From the NCBI GenBank assembly GCA_041303885.1, contig JBFYOJ010000035.1, positions 1-36,725 of the forward strand: a stretch of DNA of 36,725 nt. Reading direction: 5' to 3'. The position numbers and the translations under genes were made by a program. Below, piece after piece: positions 25,498-33,152 of the stretch. Each line of letters starts with the position of its first letter. Within the stretch, counting starts at the first letter, position 1. Source of the stretch: Acidimicrobiia bacterium. Its GTDB lineage: Bacteria; Actinomycetota; Acidimicrobiia; Spongiisociales; ZC4RG35. The notes beneath the pieces are model-generated. The model worked only from the letters and a program-made list of their open reading frames with translations. It did not search any database and was not told where the DNA came from.

Positions 25498-25983
25498 TCA
25501 AGACGTGAAGTGCGCCCAGACCGGGGCTGCCAGCCGATCCAGCTCGTCGACCGAGATGGGGAAGACGGTGGTCGGGGTCCCTGCCGCCGCCCACACCGTC
25601 TCGTTGCGGCGCAGGCGCTCATCGGCGAACACGCGAAGGGGGTTCGCATGACCGAAGGGAGGGGTGCCGCCGGCCGCATACCCGGTCGCTTGGCGAACCT
25701 CTTCGAGGCTGGCCCTCCTGGATTCGGTTGCGTCGGCGAGCGCGGCCAGGGCGTCGGTGTCGAGCCTCAGGTCTCCCGGGACCAGCGCCACGACCGGCTC
25801 CTCTGGCCCTTCCCGATGGGCGATGATGAACACCAGGGACTTGACGATGGCCGACACCGGACAGCCGATGGCACGAGCGGCGTCCTCCGCCGTCTTCGTC
25901 CCTTCGGGGAAGAACCTGACCTCCATCTCGAAGTCGGAAACCGCTAGGGCGAGGCGCTTGCTGGCCTCGGGCAGATCGCTCAA
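25498..25983 (-). CDS. YbaK/ProX-type aminoacyl-tRNA editing-domain protein
   Basis: The ORF track gives 25498..26136. The proposed start is TTG25983, overlapping the stop of the upstream LLM gene (TTGA). An alternative start is ATG25926. TAEDAARAIGCPVSAIVKSLVF...GYAAGGTPPFGH...VWAAAGTPTTVF is the YbaK/EbsC pattern. Confidence 0.7.
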   Translation of the reverse strand: MSDLPEASKRLALAVSDFEMEVRFFPEGTKTAEDAARAIGCPVSAIVKSLVFIIAHREGPEEPVVALVPGDLRLDTDALAALADATESRRASLEEVRQATGYAAGGTPPFGHANPLRVFADERLRRNETVWAAAGTPTTVFPISVDELDRLAAPVWAHFTS

Positions 25984-26888
25984 CCCTGGACCAGCTCGAG
26001 CATGCGGCCGAGCCCGTCGTAGTCCGGAAGATCGAGCCACTGGAGGTAGATCCGTTCCACGCCGGCATCCTCGAATGCGGCGATCTTCTCCCTGACCTGG
26101 CCCGGGGTGCCGAAGACGACGCCCGCCTTCTCCCACCGTGAGATGAGCTCGTCACTGGTGATATCGCGTCGGCCTGCTGCCGCCACGAGCCGTTCGGCGA
26201 GCTCGCCGTCGGATCCTGCAATGGTCACTGGCCCCATCATGGTCGCCTCGACTCTCCGACCGCCCGCCGCTTCGCGCATGACTGCGATCTTGGCTCTTGC
26301 CTCCTCCTGCGGGCAGACGAAGAAGTTGTACTCGTCGGCTCGAGCCCCGGCGAGGCGGGGAGTTCGTTGCGGCCCGCTACCGCCGATGATGATCCTGATC
26401 CCTGTCGGTTTCGGGCGCACGTCGAGGTCGAGGTTGTAGAAGGGGCCCTCGTGCTCGCCGCGTCCCGAGCCGAACGCAGCTTCGAGATAGTCGACAGCGT
26501 CTTCGAGTCGCTGCCATCTCTCCGATGAACCCGGGAACGGGATGCCCAGTGCAGCGTGCTCGAAGTCGTTCCATCCGGTCCCGACCCCCAGGTCGAATCT
26601 GCCCCCCGACATCTGATCGATCGTGGCGGCGTTCTTGGCGATGATTGCCGGATGACGGAACGTGATCGGACTGACCAGGACACAGAGCCGGATTCCCGTG
26701 GTCTCCCGTGACAGACCGGCCAGGGTGGCGAAGGCGTCTGTGGCGTCGGGCGACCGGTCCCTGTCCCATGCCAGGTGATCGCTTCGAGCGAAGGAATAGA
26801 GGCCTTCCGTCTCGGCGAGGCGCGCGGCACGGAGGATCTCCTCGTATGTGCCACCAACTTGGGGCTCGGTCATGAGTGAGTACTTCAA
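25980..26888 (-). CDS. luciferase-like (LLM class) flavin/F420-dependent oxidoreductase
   Basis: 302 aa. MKYSLMTEPQVGGTYEEILRAARLAETEGLYSFARSDHL...GVGTGWNDFEH...IIIGGSG is typical of LLM-class enzymes. The cofactor (F420 or FMN) cannot be decided by eye. Confidence 0.85.
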   Translation of the reverse strand: MKYSLMTEPQVGGTYEEILRAARLAETEGLYSFARSDHLAWDRDRSPDATDAFATLAGLSRETTGIRLCVLVSPITFRHPAIIAKNAATIDQMSGGRFDLGVGTGWNDFEHAALGIPFPGSSERWQRLEDAVDYLEAAFGSGRGEHEGPFYNLDLDVRPKPTGIRIIIGGSGPQRTPRLAGARADEYNFFVCPQEEARAKIAVMREAAGGRRVEATMMGPVTIAGSDGELAERLVAAAGRRDITSDELISRWEKAGVVFGTPGQVREKIAAFEDAGVERIYLQWLDLPDYDGLGRMLELVQG

Positions 26889-26915
26889 TGAGATCCCTGA
26901 CTGAGTTGATGCAAG

Positions 26916-27944
26916 TTAATCGTCGTCCTCGGCCTCGAACCCCTCGCCGGTGAGCGCAGCCTTGAGGGTCTCGGCCTCACCAGGGCGAACCGACAGGGTG
27001 AGGATCCCACCCCCGCCGTGGACGGCATGGCGCAACTGGAGATCCCGAACATCGACTTTGCTCGTCTGGAGGGCATGACCGACTGCGGCGATCTCACCCG
27101 GCTTGTCCTGGAGGATCACCCGCACCCGTGCTACCGGCGGCGCCATCGTGCCCCTTCGGTGTCGAGCCTCCTCGAGTCGTTCGGCGAGGCCGGCGGTGTC
27201 GCCCGAGCGCACCTGCTCCTTCAGCTCCTCCAGATATCCGACCAGACCGTCGATCGCAACGGAAACTGCTTCTTCGTTGGCGGCGAGGACCTCGGGCCAC
27301 CAGGTCGACTCGGCGGAAGCGACGCGGGTCAGGTCCCGGAAGCTGCCCGAGACGAGTTGCTCGGCGTCGGGATTGTCCGAGATCGTGTTGACCAGGGTGA
27401 CCGCGAGGAGATGGGGGAGATGCGAGACGCAGGCCACCACCTGGTCGTGGCGCGCAGCTGACATCAGGATCGGATTGGCGCCGATCGAGCGCACGATCGA
27501 GGTCAACCGGTCCACATCCTGTGTTGCAGCACCGTCGTCACAGATGACCCACGGCGCCCCCCGAAAGAGCGCATGGGAGGCCGCTTCCGGCCCGGCGTGC
27601 TCGCGTCCTGCCATCGGATGGCCGCCGACATAGCGGACCCCGGGAGGAGCGGCGGCGACGAGGGGAGCTTTGACACTGGTGACATCCGTGACCAGCGCTT
27701 CGGTGTCGAGTTGCCGCAGCGTGGCGAGGTTGGCGTCCAACGGACCTGCCAGCACGACGAGGTCGACTCCGTCGACCGCTTGGGCGACCGACCCGGCGGT
27801 CGCGTCGGCAGCGTGGCGTTCCAGGGCGCGCTCCAGGGCGTCGGGCGAGGGGTCCCAGCCGATTGCCTGCCAGCCCTGCTCTCTCAGCGCAAGTCCCACA
27901 GATGCGCCAATGAGACCGGTTCCGATGATTGCGACGCGGGGCAT
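26916..27944 (-). CDS. tyrA: prephenate/arogenate dehydrogenase with C-terminal ACT domain
   Basis: 342 aa. It has the Rossmann motif VAIIGTGLIGASVG, plus DVTSVK, GGHPMAG and SHLPHLL. The ACT-like end is RVILQDKPGEIAAVGHALQTSKVDVRDLQL. Confidence 0.9.
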   Translation of the reverse strand: MPRVAIIGTGLIGASVGLALREQGWQAIGWDPSPDALERALERHAADATAGSVAQAVDGVDLVVLAGPLDANLATLRQLDTEALVTDVTSVKAPLVAAAPPGVRYVGGHPMAGREHAGPEAASHALFRGAPWVICDDGAATQDVDRLTSIVRSIGANPILMSAARHDQVVACVSHLPHLLAVTLVNTISDNPDAEQLVSGSFRDLTRVASAESTWWPEVLAANEEAVSVAIDGLVGYLEELKEQVRSGDTAGLAERLEEARHRRGTMAPPVARVRVILQDKPGEIAAVGHALQTSKVDVRDLQLRHAVHGGGGILTLSVRPGEAETLKAALTGEGFEAEDDD

Positions 27945-27946
27945 GG

Positions 27947-28861
27947 TCAGTGGAGGTAGGCGTCGAGAATCAGGTCGTAGTCAGCTGGATTGCCCAAGAA
28001 CATCTGAGGATAGAACCGTTCACAACCGACTTCGCCCAGGGCTTCCAGCATCTCGGCGGGCTTCGAGCCGGAGCCGTGCGGGTAGCCACGCTCCTCATAC
28101 ACCTGCTCGATCCTCTCCGGAGCCGATCCGGTCCTCTCTGCGAGCAGGTGAAGGAGTCGGCGGTAGTCCGCCTCGCTCTTCGCAGCCAGGGCCGGGGATG
28201 CCGTCGAGAAGAGAATCGAATCGGGCCTACGGCCCGAGTCCCGAGCCGTGGATTGGGCGAGCTCCCTCCTGGCCGCGTACTGATCTGGCGGACATGCATA
28301 GATGTTGAACTCGTCGGCGTAACGACCGGCCAGTCCCGGCGTCTTGGTGCGGCCTCCGCCTCCGATCAGGAGGCGAAGATTCAAAGGGTGGGGCCGAGGG
28401 TCGAACTCGGCGAGTTGGAAGTGCTTCCCTTCGAACCCTCGGGGCTCCGGCGCCACAGCTGCGCTGAGGTAGGCCATCGACTCTGCCAGCAGGTCGAAGC
28501 GGGTGCTCCGATCGGGATAGGGGAGCCCGAAGAGCGCGAACTCGGCATCTAGCCACCCCGTTCCGAGGCCCATCGTGAATCGACCGGCGGAGATCTCGTC
28601 GAGGGTGACCCCCATCTTGTAGTAGACGGCAGGGTGGCGGAACGTGACCGGGGAGAGGAGCGAAACGAGCTCGAGACCAGAGGTCTCACGGGCCAGAGCA
28701 GCCAGATGGATCAAGTGATCGTACGCAGGCCGATCGGGTTGGTCGCCCCGCTCCAGATAGTGATCGGGAAGGGCGAGGGCGACCAGGCCTCTGTCCTCGG
28801 CCCACCGCGCCGTCGTCAGGATCAGCTCCCAATCACCTCGAGTCTGGACCGCGAACTCCAT
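27947..28861 (-). CDS. luciferase-like (LLM class) flavin/F420-dependent oxidoreductase, second paralogue
   Basis: 304 aa. MEFAVQTRGDWELILTTARWAEDRGLVALALPDHY...GLGTGWLDAEF...LLIGGGG. Its stop lies 2 nt before the tyrA start. Confidence 0.85.
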   Translation of the reverse strand: MEFAVQTRGDWELILTTARWAEDRGLVALALPDHYLERGDQPDRPAYDHLIHLAALARETSGLELVSLLSPVTFRHPAVYYKMGVTLDEISAGRFTMGLGTGWLDAEFALFGLPYPDRSTRFDLLAESMAYLSAAVAPEPRGFEGKHFQLAEFDPRPHPLNLRLLIGGGGRTKTPGLAGRYADEFNIYACPPDQYAARRELAQSTARDSGRRPDSILFSTASPALAAKSEADYRRLLHLLAERTGSAPERIEQVYEERGYPHGSGSKPAEMLEALGEVGCERFYPQMFLGNPADYDLILDAYLH

Positions 28862-28890
28862 TGGGCGAGCCTATCGGCAGGTGGGATCCG

Positions 28891-29451
28891 TCAGGAAACC
28901 GCTGCGGCGTCCTCGAGAAGGGCTCGGGCATGCCAGGCGACATCGAAGTCGGGGTCGATCACGCGATGCAGGGCGATGCCGTTCAACGCAAGGACCAGTG
29001 TCTCCCCACGCCGTTCGGCCAGAGTGTCTGAGATGTCGGGGCTCTGACGCTTCATGGCCGCAGCGAAGCGCCCGACACGCTCCTGGTGGTGCCGGATCAT
29101 GCGGCCGGCGAGCTCGGGGTTGGATCCCGCTCCCGAGACTCCGATCCGGATGTAGACGCGCGAGAGCTCGGGTTGCTCCTCGAGGAACCGGATGTATGCC
29201 ATTACCAGCTCGTCCAGGGTGTCGGTCCCTTGGTGATCCGGATCGGGGTCGACGGCGTCGATCGCCTCCCGGACCACGGTCAGGATCGCTTGCTCCTTCG
29301 AGGCAAAGAGGTTGTAGAAGGAGCCGGGAAGCACTCCTGCCTCGTCACATATCGCCTTGATCGTCGTGCCCTCGAGGCCCCGGTCGGCGATCAGCGAGCG
29401 GGCTGCCTCGAGGATTCGGTCACGCGTCTCGAGACCGGCCTTGTAGCGCAT
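28891..29451 (-). CDS. TetR/AcrR-family transcriptional regulator
   Basis: 186 aa. The N-terminal HTH is RILEAARSLIADRGLEGTTIKAICDEAGVLPGSFYNLFASKEQ. It is divergent from the acyl-CoA dehydrogenase gene and lies 29 nt upstream of the LLM-tyrA operon. Confidence 0.9.
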   Translation of the reverse strand: MRYKAGLETRDRILEAARSLIADRGLEGTTIKAICDEAGVLPGSFYNLFASKEQAILTVVREAIDAVDPDPDHQGTDTLDELVMAYIRFLEEQPELSRVYIRIGVSGAGSNPELAGRMIRHHQERVGRFAAAMKRQSPDISDTLAERRGETLVLALNGIALHRVIDPDFDVAWHARALLEDAAAVS

Positions 29452-29520
29452 GGGGGAACGGTAGACCGTTCGCCAGGGAAGGCTTGGTCTGGCTCACGAA
29501 GCCGCGCTGGATAGCCCTTT

Positions 29521-29558
29521 CTTTGAGCGTTGATTCAAATTAGAGTGATCGCTCAAAG
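29521..29558. promoter_or_regulatory. 9-bp inverted repeat (CTTTGAGCG-N20-CGCTCAAAG) around the only AT-rich stretch of the TetR/FadE spacer
   Basis: The arms lie at 29521-29529 and 29550-29558. The interior is TTGATTCAAATTAGAGTGAT and contains TAGAGT (TANNNT). The SD AGGAGA and ATG29574 follow. A second palindrome, GAACGG-TAGA-CCGTTC, lies at 29456-29471 next to the TetR start. Confidence 0.35.
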
Positions 29559-29573
29559 ACCAGGAGACGATGC

Positions 29574-31367
29574 ATGAGTCACTACAAGGCGAATCTCCGG
29601 GATCTCGAGTTCAACCTCTTCGAGGTCAATCGGATCCAGGGCTACCTCGGTACCGGGCCATGGGCGGACCTCGATCAGGAGACCGCACGTGACATCCTGA
29701 TCGAGATCGAGAGGATGGCGCGGGAGGACTTCGCTGCTTCCTATGTCGACCAGGACAGGATCCCTCTCGAGCTCGTCGATGGTGAGGTCCATCTCCCTGA
29801 GTCGGTGTTGGCCGGAGTCCGGGTCTACCGGGAAGGTGGCTGGGATCGTCTCGGCGTCCCGGCCGAGATGAATGGGAATCCGGTTCCGCCGAGCCTGGCC
29901 TGGGCCACGCAAGAGATGCAGCTCGCTGCGAACACCACCGTGTCCTGGTACTCCGGAGGAGCGCTCTTCGCCAGGGTCTTGTTCGAGGAGGGCACCGAGG
30001 CCCAGAAGGAGCTGGCCAAGCTCTGGCTCGACCGACAGTGGGCAGGGTCGATGATCCTCACCGAGCCCGATGCCGGCTCCGACGTCGGAGCTGCGACCAC
30101 CAAGGCGATCGACGTGGGCGACGGCACTTGGCACATCGAGGGGGTGAAGCGGTTCATAACCGGTGGCGAGCACGATGCCGCCGAGAACATCATCCATCTG
30201 GTGCTGGCCCGGCCGGAGGGAGCGATAGCCGGCACCAAAGGCCTCTCTCTCTTCATGGTCCCAAAGTTCCTTGTCGATGATGAGGGGAATCTCGGGCAGC
30301 GCAACGGTGTCTATGCCACCAACATCGAGAAGAAGATGGGTCTCAAGGGCTCCACCACCTGCGAGATGACCTTCGGGGTGGATCATCCCGCCATCGGGTA
30401 CCTGGTCGGCGATAGACACGATGGCATCAGGCAGATGTTCCGCGTGATCGAGGGTGCCCGGATGATGATCGGCACCAAGTCGATGGGGACCCTGAGCACG
30501 GGGTACCTCAATGCCCTCGAGTATGCGAAAGAGCGTCATCAGGGATCCGATCTGATCAAGCCAGGCGACAAGACCGCTCCGAGGGTGCCGATCATCGCCC
30601 ACCCCGACGTGCGCCGGATGCTGATGAACCTCAAGTCGTACTCGGAGGGCCTCCGGGCGCTGGTCATGTACACCGCGTGGGTGCAGGATCTGGCCGCGCT
30701 CCACCCTGACGATGACCGCTGGGAGCGGCGATCGGACCTGCTCCTGCCCCTGGTCAAGGGTTATTCGTCGGAGAAGGCGTATGAGCAACTCGCCGACGCC
30801 CTCCAGGTTTTCGGCGGCTCTGGCTTCACCCAGGACTACCCGCTGGAGCAGTACATCCGCGACACCAAGATCGACACGATCTATGAGGGGACGACGGGCA
30901 TCCAGGCGCTCGACTTCTTCTTCAGGAAGATTGCCAGGGATCAGGGCGAGACCCTCGCCGTGCTCGCTGCCGAAATCGCCGAGTTCGTCAAGGGTGGGAG
31001 TGACGGCGACCCACTCGCCGTCGAGAGGGAGCGGCTGGGCTCGATGCTCGACGACCTCCAGGGTCATCTCGGCTCGATGGTCGAAAGACTGATGGCGTCC
31101 CTGGCGGGTGACTCCGGCGAAGTCTACAAGGTCGGCCTGCACACCAATGCATTCCTCGCCTCTGCCGCCGAAGTCGTGATTGCGTGGCAGATGCTGCGTC
31201 ATGCCGAGATCGCTTTCCCCAAGATGGGCGAGGATCCCTTCTACCGGGGGAAGGTGGAGTCGGCCCGATGGTTCCTCCAGATGACGGCGCCGCAGGTCGG
31301 CGTCAGGCGTGCCCGGGCCGAATCCGAAGACGGGTCATTGATGGAACTGCCCATCGAGGCCTTCTAG
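29574..31367 (+). CDS. long-form acyl-CoA dehydrogenase (FadE5-like, with C-terminal extension domain)
   Basis: 597 aa. The N-terminus MSHYKANLRDLEFNLFEV resembles mycobacterial FadE5 as I recall it. The ACAD core is MILTEPDAGSDVG...FITGGEHD...LQVFGGSGFTQDYPLEQYIRDTKIDTIYEGTTGIQALD. Confidence 0.9.
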   Translation: MSHYKANLRDLEFNLFEVNRIQGYLGTGPWADLDQETARDILIEIERMAREDFAASYVDQDRIPLELVDGEVHLPESVLAGVRVYREGGWDRLGVPAEMNGNPVPPSLAWATQEMQLAANTTVSWYSGGALFARVLFEEGTEAQKELAKLWLDRQWAGSMILTEPDAGSDVGAATTKAIDVGDGTWHIEGVKRFITGGEHDAAENIIHLVLARPEGAIAGTKGLSLFMVPKFLVDDEGNLGQRNGVYATNIEKKMGLKGSTTCEMTFGVDHPAIGYLVGDRHDGIRQMFRVIEGARMMIGTKSMGTLSTGYLNALEYAKERHQGSDLIKPGDKTAPRVPIIAHPDVRRMLMNLKSYSEGLRALVMYTAWVQDLAALHPDDDRWERRSDLLLPLVKGYSSEKAYEQLADALQVFGGSGFTQDYPLEQYIRDTKIDTIYEGTTGIQALDFFFRKIARDQGETLAVLAAEIAEFVKGGSDGDPLAVERERLGSMLDDLQGHLGSMVERLMASLAGDSGEVYKVGLHTNAFLASAAEVVIAWQMLRHAEIAFPKMGEDPFYRGKVESARWFLQMTAPQVGVRRARAESEDGSLMELPIEAF

Positions 31368-31427
31368 GCGGTACTGGACGACAACCTCGATTCTCGGAGC
31401 TGGGGGTTCCGGGTACCGTCCTCGATC

Positions 31428-31874
31428 GTGCCCGGCTCGGTTGTCGCCTTGATCGTGTTCCTGATCGGTGTCTTTCTCATCGTGGTCGCGCTCGTCGTAT
31501 GGCAAGAAGCGAAGCGTCGCCCGAGCTACGAGCCACTCGAGTACGTGATCGAGGACGCGGTCAAGCACGTCGAGGACCGTCTCAGAGCCGAGGGCAACGA
31601 AATGCTGAAACGGGCGGACATCCGGCGAATCCTGGAGTGGGAGGTCTTCTACCTCCAGGGGCTGGCTCAGGATGATCGCCACAACCCGGTCGAGACCATC
31701 GCCGGCGGTCATCAGGCGTCGATCGAGTACATCATCGGGCAGATCGCCTCGGAGCATGGAGTGACCTACTCTCAGAGGGACGTAGAGGCGGTGCTCCGAT
31801 ACGAGGCCGACTACCTGGTCCGGATCGGGGCCGTTGGTGACGCCGTCGATCTCGATGGAGGTGAGGAAGAATGA
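31428..31874 (+). CDS. hypothetical single-pass membrane protein (148 aa)
   Basis: GTG start. It has an N-terminal TM helix (VVALIVFLIGVFLIVVALVVW), then a charged soluble domain with an acidic tail (DLDGGEEE). The stop overlaps the next ATG (ATGA at 31871-31874). I recognise no family. Confidence 0.6.
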   Translation: MPGSVVALIVFLIGVFLIVVALVVWQEAKRRPSYEPLEYVIEDAVKHVEDRLRAEGNEMLKRADIRRILEWEVFYLQGLAQDDRHNPVETIAGGHQASIEYIIGQIASEHGVTYSQRDVEAVLRYEADYLVRIGAVGDAVDLDGGEEE

Positions 31875-32194
31875 TGGTGCGCTGCGGCGCCTGCCGAACA
31901 CAGTTCGAGGTTCCCGGTGCCGGGCGGTTCGCCTGCCCTGTGTGCGGGTCGGTGAACGTCGTCCGGGAGCAGACCGGGGGCGCTCCCTCGACCATGGGTG
32001 GATATCCCACGGCCCCTGGCGCGGCCGGCGGCCCTCCGCCTCCTCCTCCACCTGCGCCCGACGTGCCGGCTCCCCGTATCGCTTGTCCGGAGTGCTCCTT
32101 CAGCTTCATCGTGGGAGACATCGCAGTTGCCACCTGTCCCAATTGCGGCGCCGACGTGAGGACCGGGAGGGGATCGGCCGAGGAGGAGGAGTGA
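31871..32194 (+). CDS. double zinc-ribbon protein with Gly/Pro-rich linker (107 aa)
   Basis: The SD GGAGGTGAGGAAG precedes ATG31871. Ribbon one is C5-x2-C8...C22-x2-C25 (VRCGACRTQFEV...FACPVCGSV, MJ0042-type). Ribbon two is C72-x2-C75...C89-x2-C92. The linker contains GGPPPPPPPAP. The tail is acidic (EEEE). Confidence 0.7.
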   Translation: MMVRCGACRTQFEVPGAGRFACPVCGSVNVVREQTGGAPSTMGGYPTAPGAAGGPPPPPPPAPDVPAPRIACPECSFSFIVGDIAVATCPNCGADVRTGRGSAEEEE

Positions 32195-32400
32195 GTCGCC
32201 TGGCCCGTTTCGAGGCGTACCGGTACATCGGCACCCGGGACACGATGCGGTTCTACGACTGCGATGACGATGGACAGTTCGAGGAGCTGGGTCGACGTCT
32301 GCAGGCCGAGGGTTTGCTGGCCGGCAACCTGCTCCAATCGTTCGCACCGGATACACCGGTCGAGGCGAGAAATCGCGGCTTTCGGGCCGCCTCCGGCTGA
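32191..32400 (+). CDS. small hypothetical protein (69 aa)
   Basis: GTG32191 overlaps the zinc-ribbon stop (GTGA), with GAGGAGGAGGA immediately upstream. The product is VSRLARFEAYRYIGTRDTMRFYDCDDDGQFEELGRRLQAEGLLAGNLLQSFAPDTPVEARNRGFRAASG. The longer track ORF (31834..32400) overlaps the two upstream genes out of frame. Confidence 0.45.
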   Translation: MSRLARFEAYRYIGTRDTMRFYDCDDDGQFEELGRRLQAEGLLAGNLLQSFAPDTPVEARNRGFRAASG

Positions 32401-32407
32401 GCGAGGA

Positions 32408-32998
32408 CTACTCGAAGACCTGTGCCACCAGGTCGCCGATCTTCTTGCCCCGACCGTGGAAGAAGTGGTCGCCCGGTGTGATGACCAGGTCGATCTGCTG
32501 CTCCTCGGCATAGCGGCGTAGTCCCTCCACGTCGACCACCTGGTCCCTGCTTCCGACCACGATCCGTTTGGGCCCGGAAGGAAGGCTCGCCGGAAGCAGA
32601 CGTGCTGCAGGGGCGATCCCGGAGTACGGGATGCCCGCGGTCTGTTCACTCATCCAGTTCAGGGCCACTCCCGCACCGAACGACCACCCGGCGAGGTGAA
32701 GGTCGAGCCCGGAGTCAGCGGCCACGTCGATCGCGGCAGACAGGTCGAGTTTCTCCGCTTCTCCGTAGTCGTGCGACCCGCTGCTGTTGCCTGTTCCCCG
32801 GAAGTTGAATCGGAGCACCGAGAATCCCCGCTCCACCAGACGCGAGGTCACCGCGATCATCAGCGGCGCCATCATCGAGCCACCCTGAAGCGGGTGGGGG
32901 TGGCAGAAGACCACCACGCCGGAGGGCGACATGGGTTTGTCCCAACGAGCTTCCAACTCCTCCCCGTCCGATGTCGACAGGGTGATGCGCTCGGTCAT
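32408..32998 (-). CDS. alpha/beta-fold hydrolase (COG2945-like)
   Basis: The track ORF runs to 33115. The preferred start is ATG32998 (MTERITLSTSDGEELEARW...). Motifs: VVFCHPHPLQGGSM and the nucleophile elbow GWSFGAG. Confidence 0.8.
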   Translation of the reverse strand: MTERITLSTSDGEELEARWDKPMSPSGVVVFCHPHPLQGGSMMAPLMIAVTSRLVERGFSVLRFNFRGTGNSSGSHDYGEAEKLDLSAAIDVAADSGLDLHLAGWSFGAGVALNWMSEQTAGIPYSGIAPAARLLPASLPSGPKRIVVGSRDQVVDVEGLRRYAEEQQIDLVITPGDHFFHGRGKKIGDLVAQVFE

Positions 32999-33087
32999 GT
33001 GAACTTGACCAGGAACCAGATCGCCGCTGCGCCGACTATGAGAAAGGCGAGCACCGCCGAGGCGATGAGAAGCCAGCGCGTCTGCAT
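32995..33087 (-). CDS. possible 30-aa transmembrane peptide coupled to the hydrolase gene
   Basis: The minus strand from ATG33087 reads MQTRWLLIASAVLAFLIVGAAAIWFLVKFT*. Its TGA overlaps the hydrolase ATG (ATGA at 32998-32995). Codons are G/C-ending. No clear SD. Confidence 0.35.
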   Translation of the reverse strand: MQTRWLLIASAVLAFLIVGAAAIWFLVKFT

Positions 33088-33152
33088 AGGTTTGAGAGGG
33101 TAACTCCGGGCACAACTAGGCTCGGACCAGCAGATCCACCGAAAGGCAGAGG

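Noticed and set aside
29553-31202. 549-aa ORF antisense to the acyl-CoA dehydrogenase gene. The same pattern occurs at 33036..34559 (antisense to lpd), 16548..17906 (antisense to sufD), 34806..35912 and 34514..35290 (antisense to E2), and 23474..24472 (antisense to sufS).
   Set aside because: All are GC-driven stop-free antisense frames with Arg/Pro/Gly-rich translations. The sense strands carry clear catalytic motifs.
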